A program made the translations under genes and the position numbers. Below the pieces are notes generated by a model, which was not told the origin of the DNA, made no database searches, and was given only the letters and a program-made list of their open reading frames with translations. From Nitrospinales bacterium (GTDB taxonomy: Bacteria; Nitrospinota; Nitrospinia; Nitrospinales; VA-1), in NCBI GenBank assembly GCA_965262115.1, contig OZ253496.1:416001-480000 (forward strand): DNA of 64,000 nt, in the 5' to 3' direction. Shown one piece after another: positions 58,374 to 64,000 of the stretch (position 1 is the stretch's first letter; each line of letters begins with the position of its first letter).

Positions 58374-59438
58374 ATGCTTGATATTATTCGTGACACCATG
58401 AAATCGATAAAACCCGTTCCGCCACTTCGACTGAAGAACGCCCAAGCCCATCTTGATTCCCTCACAAAACCGCCGGAAAGCCTCGGCCTCCTGGAGGACC
58501 TGGCCAAAAAATATGCCGCTATCCGCGACACAGATCATCTTTCCATAGACAGAAAATCGGTCATTATATTTGCGGCAGATCATGGAGTCACTGATGAGGG
58601 CATCAGCGCTTATCCTGCTGAAGTCACTCCACAAATGGTTCAGAATTTTCTCGATGGAGGAGCCGCAATCAACGTTTTGGCAAGACAGCAGAACGCAGAA
58701 GTATTGGTGGTAGATATTGGCGTTAACCATCGGTTTGGCCCACATCCTGATTTGCTGGATAGAAAAATAGCCTTAGGAACCCGAAATCTGGCAAAAGAAC
58801 CCGCCATGACCCGAGCCGAGGCCGAGGAATCCATCACCATTGGTATTCAGATAGCGACAGAACTGGCTGATAAAGGTGTCGACCTTCTGGCTACCGGGGA
58901 GATGGGAATCGGCAATACCACAGCCAGTTCCGCGATATTTTCTGTATTGAGCGGACTTCCCTCAAGCCAGGTTACTGGTCGGGGAACAGGCATCGATGAC
59001 AAGACTCTGCAAAAAAAAATCTCTGTGATTCAGCAGGCGCTGGACAGGCATACTCCAGATCCGGAAGATCCCATAGACATTCTCGCCAAAGTGGGTGGCT
59101 TCGAGATTGGCGGAATTATCGGTCTTCTGCTAGGCGCCGCTGCAGAAAGTATTCCTGTCGTCATTGACGGCTTGATTGCCAGTGCCGGCGCATCCCTGGC
59201 CATCGTGCTGAATCCATCGGTAAAGGATTATATTTTCCCTTCTCATCGTTCAGTAGAGCCTGGGCAGGAGGTATTTTTTAATCTCATTCAGGCACCTCCC
59301 CTTTTTGATTTAAAAATGCGGTTGGGGGAAGGAACGGGTGCGGTACTGGCTTTTAGCCTAATAGAAGCTGCTGTAAAAATTTATTCTGAAATGGCCACTT
59401 TCCAAAGTGCCGGCATTTCAGACCGTGCCGAAGCCTAG
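58374..59438 (+). CDS. cobT: Nicotinate-nucleotide--dimethylbenzimidazole phosphoribosyltransferase
   Basis: LTKPP.SLG.LE, AADHGV, GEMGIGNTT, GRGTG, GGFEI, MRLGEGTGA. Confidence 0.97.
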   Translation: MLDIIRDTMKSIKPVPPLRLKNAQAHLDSLTKPPESLGLLEDLAKKYAAIRDTDHLSIDRKSVIIFAADHGVTDEGISAYPAEVTPQMVQNFLDGGAAINVLARQQNAEVLVVDIGVNHRFGPHPDLLDRKIALGTRNLAKEPAMTRAEAEESITIGIQIATELADKGVDLLATGEMGIGNTTASSAIFSVLSGLPSSQVTGRGTGIDDKTLQKKISVIQQALDRHTPDPEDPIDILAKVGGFEIGGIIGLLLGAAAESIPVVIDGLIASAGASLAIVLNPSVKDYIFPSHRSVEPGQEVFFNLIQAPPLFDLKMRLGEGTGAVLAFSLIEAAVKIYSEMATFQSAGISDRAEA

Positions 59439-59496
59439 CAATTTATCAGATTCCCTTTCCTGGTTTTCAAGCTGCGAAAAAATGGTTTTGAACGGC

Positions 59497-59525
59497 TTGA
59501 CAGGGGTCATATTTTTGGCTAGATT
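59497..59525 (+). promoter_or_regulatory. Sigma70-type promoter of dapL
   Basis: TTGACA-N17-TAGATT. Confidence 0.7.
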
Positions 59526-59580
59526 GAGCCCTTCTTTTAAACCTTAATTAAATTTTCTTCATTATAATTTGGAGTTTCGG

Positions 59581-60819
59581 ATGTCAGATGAAAGCTATAT
59601 TCAATCCCTCTTTGCAGACCGCTTAGGTGGCAGCCAGTTTGGGAAAGATACCAAGATTTATAAATTTGAAAAAATAAAAAGAGCAAAACGCGCGGCACAG
59701 GATGCAAATCCAGGAAAAATATTATTCGATATGGGAGTAGGAGAGCCGGACGAAATGGCCGATCCCGGTGTTATAAAAACCCTGCAACTGGAAGCAGAGA
59801 AACCGGAAAACCGAGGCTACACCGATAACGGTATCGAAGAATTCAAAATCGCCGCCTGCAAATATATGAAAGATGTTTTTGGCGTCAAAGGGCTGGAACC
59901 GGGAAAGCATGTCAACCATACAATTGGCTCCAAACCTGGTCTGGCAATGGCCCCGGCAATCTTTATTAATCCCGGGGATATCACCCTGATGACCGTTCCC
60001 GGTTATCCTGTTATGGGGACCCACACCCAGTATCTGGGAGGAGAAGTTGTAAACCTTCCTCTTACAGAGACCAATCATTTTCTTCCCGACTTAAAAAGCA
60101 TCGATTCGGCCACCCTTAAAAAGGCTAAAATTTTGTATTTGAACTACCCCAATAACCCGACAGGCGCAAACGCCACTCGTGAATTTTATGAAGAAGCCAT
60201 TGAGTTTGCCAAACAAAATAATATTATCATCATCCAGGATGCGGCCTATGCAGCCCTGACCTATTCCGGAAAACGCGAAAGCTTTCTTTCGGTACCCAGA
60301 GCCATGGATGTCGGTGTTGAGTTTCACTCCCTTTCCAAAGCGTATAATATGACAGGATGTCGCATCGCCTTTATTGTCGGCAATGAACTCATTGTCAAAG
60401 GCCTTTCCCATGTTAAAGATAATGTCGACTCTGGCCAGTTCGCGGGCATCCAAAAAGCAGGAATCTATGCCTTGGAACACCCGGACATCACAGACCGAAC
60501 CGTGGCCAAGTACAAGCGCCGACTAACCATGCTGGTTGAAATCCTAAACTCAGTCGGGTTCAAGGCAAAGATGCCCGGAGGCTCGTTTTTTCTCTATGTC
60601 GGCGCACCTAAGGGAATCAAAGGTGGGCGTCGGTTTGCCAATGGTGAAGAGTTTTCCCAGTTCCTGATTACTGAAATGTTGATTTCAACAGTTCCCTGGG
60701 ACGATGTCGGTCATTACGTTCGGTTTTCAGCAACCTTTGCGGCCAAAGGTGAAGAGGAGGAAACCCGAATCATGAAAGAAATCAAAGAACGCCTTTCCGC
60801 TGTCGAGTTTGAATTCTAG
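59581..60819 (+). CDS. dapL: LL-diaminopimelate aminotransferase (class I/II PLP enzyme)
   Basis: FADRLGGSQFGK..IYKFEKIK N-terminus, GSK, LNYPNNPTG, DAAY, FHSLSKAYNMTG. Confidence 0.85.
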   Translation: MSDESYIQSLFADRLGGSQFGKDTKIYKFEKIKRAKRAAQDANPGKILFDMGVGEPDEMADPGVIKTLQLEAEKPENRGYTDNGIEEFKIAACKYMKDVFGVKGLEPGKHVNHTIGSKPGLAMAPAIFINPGDITLMTVPGYPVMGTHTQYLGGEVVNLPLTETNHFLPDLKSIDSATLKKAKILYLNYPNNPTGANATREFYEEAIEFAKQNNIIIIQDAAYAALTYSGKRESFLSVPRAMDVGVEFHSLSKAYNMTGCRIAFIVGNELIVKGLSHVKDNVDSGQFAGIQKAGIYALEHPDITDRTVAKYKRRLTMLVEILNSVGFKAKMPGGSFFLYVGAPKGIKGGRRFANGEEFSQFLITEMLISTVPWDDVGHYVRFSATFAAKGEEEETRIMKEIKERLSAVEFEF

Positions 60820-60918
60820 TGGAGTACCTCCACAGGTAATGAGCAAGTTCCTTTACTTGAGAGCAAAATTTATTGCCCATTACCACCGGGCGTTGCCCGG
60901 CCATGGCTAGTGGTTTTT

Positions 60919-61416
60919 ATGAAATATAAAGCCTTCATTGGAATCGGTTCAAATTTAGGGGTCCCGGCTGAAAACTGCGAGAAAGCGATTTGCCTTCTCA
61001 GTGCCTCACCGGGAATTGAAGTCGTAGCTCGGTCCAGCCTCTACGAGTCAGAACCCGTTGGTAAAACCGACCAAAACTGGTTTGTCAATACTGCTGTTGC
61101 CATACAAACTTCTCTGGCCCCGGAAGCATTGCTCGACGCAATTTTTGAAATTGAAAAGGCTTTCGGAAGGGAACGGCGAGAAAAATGGGGCCCGAGAATT
61201 ATCGACTTGGATTTACTGGCTTATGAGGACCGCGTGCTTCACTCTGAAGCTCTCACACTCCCCCACCCGGAAATGACAAAAAGGCGCTTTGTCCTTTTAC
61301 CGCTCAGCGAATTTGCCGGAGATTATTTGCATCCGATAGAAAATAAAACCATCCACAGACTTTTAAAAGAACTTCCGGAAATTCCTCAGGTCAGGAAAAT
61401 ACCATCGACTTCATAA
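60919..61416 (+). CDS. folK: 2-amino-4-hydroxy-6-hydroxymethyldihydropteridine diphosphokinase
   Basis: IGIGSNLG, WGPRIIDLDLL, LPHP...RRFVL.PL. Confidence 0.96.
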   Translation: MKYKAFIGIGSNLGVPAENCEKAICLLSASPGIEVVARSSLYESEPVGKTDQNWFVNTAVAIQTSLAPEALLDAIFEIEKAFGRERREKWGPRIIDLDLLAYEDRVLHSEALTLPHPEMTKRRFVLLPLSEFAGDYLHPIENKTIHRLLKELPEIPQVRKIPSTS

Positions 61417-62598
61417 ATCATCCACTTTAATGATTTCCATCCGGGCAAGAGCGTTATCGCTTAACTCCTGCCAGGGGATTTTTTCCTCATCCCTTTCCAG
61501 AAAAGGAATCTTGCTCCGGGTGACGGGATTTTTGGGCATAAAAACTGAACAACAATCAGGCTGTGGCTCAATACTGACTTCATAGGTTCCAATTTCTTTT
61601 GCCCTCGTGATGATACTTTCTTTATTCATACCGATTAAGGGTCGAAATACATTTAAGGAAGTGACGCAAGAAACGGCGGCGAGATTCTCCAAGGTCTGTG
61701 AGGCCACCTGCCCCAGCGATTCACCGGTGACCAATGCCATGCACCCCTTACTACTAGCAATTTTCCCCGCAATGCGATACATCATCCGCCGATAAAGAAC
61801 GATCCTGTTTTCCTCATTGCAATGATCTCGGATGGCCCCCTGCATCTCCTCGAAGGGAACCACATACAGGCTTGCTCTCGCCTGAAAACGATTGATCTTT
61901 TTTGCAAGGCTTAAAACCTTGTCATACCCTCCCCTGCCAAGAAAAGGTTGGTTATCAAAAAATACAAAATGAACCCGGCACCCCCTGCATGCCATCATGA
62001 AAGCGGAAACAGGGCTGTCAATCCCACCCGATAGGAGGCAAAGTACATTCCCGGAACTGCCGACAGGGAGCCCACATAGTCCCCGCTCACGATTATCAAA
62101 GACTACCGTTTCTGAACGTCCAATTTCTATTTCAAGAACATATTCCGCCTCAGTAATATTTACCGTTAATCCCCTTGCGCTTAATTGTTTCATGATACGC
62201 GATCCCACCTCAAAGTTTACTTCGGGTGAGGTTTTGGGAAATGACTTTTCGGAACGCCGGGTCCTGACGCAAAACTTCAGGGAATCTGTGGACTCCAATT
62301 TAGGTTCAATCCATTGAATCCCTAAAGCGGCCACCGCATCGAAATTAGGACTCATTGAAATACCAATACTGAACGAGGCAATACCAGGAACGGTCTTCAG
62401 TCTGACCGAACATTCTGGGGCAAAACCTAAAGGGATATCCAAAAAAATCCTGCCCCGGGGTGAACTATAATGAACATCATCTGTGCCCGAAAGCACACGT
62501 TTGATATTTCTACGGAGATATTTTTCAAAGAACTTCCTGTTTCGTCCTTTGAGTCCGATTTCGTCATAACGGATTAAGACTGTTCTTCTTTCCGTCAT
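61411..62598 (-). CDS. thiI: tRNA 4-thiouridine synthase (short form, no rhodanese domain)
   Basis: RYDEIGLKGRNR, THUMP domain, LLSGGIDSPV, TGESLGQVASQT, DCC. Confidence 0.95.
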   Translation of the reverse strand: MTERRTVLIRYDEIGLKGRNRKFFEKYLRRNIKRVLSGTDDVHYSSPRGRIFLDIPLGFAPECSVRLKTVPGIASFSIGISMSPNFDAVAALGIQWIEPKLESTDSLKFCVRTRRSEKSFPKTSPEVNFEVGSRIMKQLSARGLTVNITEAEYVLEIEIGRSETVVFDNRERGLCGLPVGSSGNVLCLLSGGIDSPVSAFMMACRGCRVHFVFFDNQPFLGRGGYDKVLSLAKKINRFQARASLYVVPFEEMQGAIRDHCNEENRIVLYRRMMYRIAGKIASSKGCMALVTGESLGQVASQTLENLAAVSCVTSLNVFRPLIGMNKESIITRAKEIGTYEVSIEPQPDCCSVFMPKNPVTRSKIPFLERDEEKIPWQELSDNALARMEIIKVDDL

Positions 62599-63788
62599 CG
62601 ATGTTCAGCTTTTTGCGAAAAGGTGGGATAAAGGGTCTGGTAGGCTTTCCCAAAAGCCTCCAGAAACTGGTCAATTTCTTCTGGGATGTTATTCCGGGAA
62701 AAAGAAATGCGCAAACTACAACGCGCCTGTTCTTCGCTCAACCCGATTCCCAAAAGAATCTTGGAAGGTTCCTTAGACTGGGCACTGCAGGCACTCCCCA
62801 GTCCGACAAAAATATCTTCTGCCTCCAGATGGTGGAGAATGACTTCTCCCTCGACAGGAGGAAAGGAAAAATTAACCATCCCCGGTGATTGGCGCGTGCT
62901 ATCTGCATCAACCAACGAGTTAAAACAAATCTTCAATTCCGGTAGCTGTTCCTGTAGATTTTTCAGTCCTTGAATTAAATGCCGGGAAAGACCTTGAAGA
63001 TGAGTTTGAGTTTGCTCGATTTGGGTCACGGCATGTTTGATGGCTGTTTCCAGTCCCATTATCAGCGGTAATGGAAGCGTACCGGAACGGACTCCGAATT
63101 GTTGCTTTCCTCCATGCATCTGCGGACTAAGAACCAGCTTTGAATCATAGATCAGCAGGCCAATGCCTTTTGGCCCATGAATTTTGTGACCCGAAATCGA
63201 ATAACCGCCGAGGCCCTTCCACATCTCCGGGTCCAACCTGAGCTTACCGACAGCCTGCACCCCGTCCAAAAATAATCTGGTTTGTGGAGATTTCTTTGCT
63301 AAAGCAGAAATGATTTCCAAGGGATCGTTCACCGTGCCCAACTCATTATTCACATGAGAGAGGCAGAGAAGTTTCACACGGTTTTCCTTAAAAGCAAATA
63401 TTGAACCCAAGTCGATCCGACCTTCCCTTTGAAAAGGAAGCAGAGAAAACGGCTTATTTCCAAACTGACTGAGGAATGCCAGACTCTCGGTAACGCTTGG
63501 GTGCTCCAGCCCCAGGAAAGCGGTTTTCTTATCGGGAAAACATAACCCCTTAATAAAAAGATTATTGGACTCTGTGCCCCCGCTGGTAAACAGAATACGA
63601 TGGGTTGAGGGTATCTGGAGAGTTTCCGCAATGGATTCCGCCGATTTTTCAATGAGGACTTTCGTATCCAGCCCTATTTTATAAGGCGTGCCACTATTCG
63701 CGAACAGATCGCGCATGGCTCCATGCATCCGTTCCAAAACTTCCGCATCCATAGGGGTGGTGGCGGCATTATCGAGATAAACCATCAC
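62595..63788 (-). CDS. Cysteine desulfurase (NifS/IscS-like)
   Basis: YLDNAATT, FTSGGTES, SGHKIHGPKGIG, RSGT, GSACS; overlaps thiI start. Confidence 0.93.
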   Translation of the reverse strand: MMVYLDNAATTPMDAEVLERMHGAMRDLFANSGTPYKIGLDTKVLIEKSAESIAETLQIPSTHRILFTSGGTESNNLFIKGLCFPDKKTAFLGLEHPSVTESLAFLSQFGNKPFSLLPFQREGRIDLGSIFAFKENRVKLLCLSHVNNELGTVNDPLEIISALAKKSPQTRLFLDGVQAVGKLRLDPEMWKGLGGYSISGHKIHGPKGIGLLIYDSKLVLSPQMHGGKQQFGVRSGTLPLPLIMGLETAIKHAVTQIEQTQTHLQGLSRHLIQGLKNLQEQLPELKICFNSLVDADSTRQSPGMVNFSFPPVEGEVILHHLEAEDIFVGLGSACSAQSKEPSKILLGIGLSEEQARCSLRISFSRNNIPEEIDQFLEAFGKAYQTLYPTFSQKAEHR

Positions 63789-63791
63789 ACT

Positions 63792-64000
63792 TTAAGGTTC
63801 ATAGGGTTTAAGAAGGTTCTGCTCCATTCCCAACTGATCCAGAATTCGAGCGACAACAAAATCTACCAGACTGTCAAAGCTATCTTGTCCCTGATAAAAC
63901 CCGGGCGATGCCGGCAGGATCATAGCCCCCGCCTGATCGAGGGTTAAAAGATTTTTCAGATGAATGGTGCTGAAAGGAGTTTCACGCGGAACAAGAATCA
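63792..64000 (-). CDS. ubiX: Flavin prenyltransferase, 3' part (truncated by window edge)
   Basis: Manual translation [33 protein letters not shown]...[13 protein letters not shown]. Confidence 0.9.
   Translation of the reverse strand, partial: ILVPRETPFSTIHLKNLLTLDQAGAMILPASPGFYQGQDSFDSLVDFVVARILDQLGMEQNLLKPYEP

Noticed and set aside
60817..60915. ctagtgg-bounded segment with small hairpins between dapL and folK as another copy of the 70-bp repeat
   Set aside because: It starts at a CTAG stop but does not align with the repeat body; only weak resemblance
61411..63788. Cysteine desulfurase-thiI pair as novel
   Set aside because: This pairing with a rhodanese-less ThiI is an established arrangement (nifZ-thiI type)

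Overview
Bacterial (diderm) chromosomal segment. Gene content and style look Nitrospina/Nitrospinota-like, but this is an unverified impression. 1-28 kb is mostly housekeeping: rph, nth, ilvN-ilvC-psd-pssA-accD, a PCP_red-fused Cld/ChdC-family haem protein, rocD, a peptide ABC binding protein, ferredoxin, tRNA-fMet followed by a decayed ORF, gdhA, yajQ, a cold-shock protein, site-2 protease-trpS-ileS-lspA, an acidic membrane protein plus an FlhG/MinD-like ATPase, and a probable CC-adding enzyme. The intergenic gaps at 0.5-1.0, 4.7, 5.7 and 8.3-8.7 kb are packed with nested miniature repeats. These include a 39-bp unit found inserted, without target duplication, inside three different host repeats. 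28-59.5 kb is a large cobalamin locus organised around two back-to-back cobalamin riboswitches that share a perfect 131-bp inverted repeat. The left arm holds a siderophore-type TonB receptor, PepSY-TM protein, TonB and a Dx[DN]xDG-repeat protein. The right arm holds a His/Cys beta-propeller, cbiXCDLFGHJE, a ChlI/D-like subunit plus cobN, cbiA, cobO, cobS, a cobU-bluB fusion, cobD, cbiB, a second (frameshifted) repeat protein, a cytochrome c lipoprotein and cobT. The window ends with dapL, folK, thiI, a cysteine desulfurase and a partial ubiX. No CRISPR array, rRNA, integrase or transposase gene was seen.
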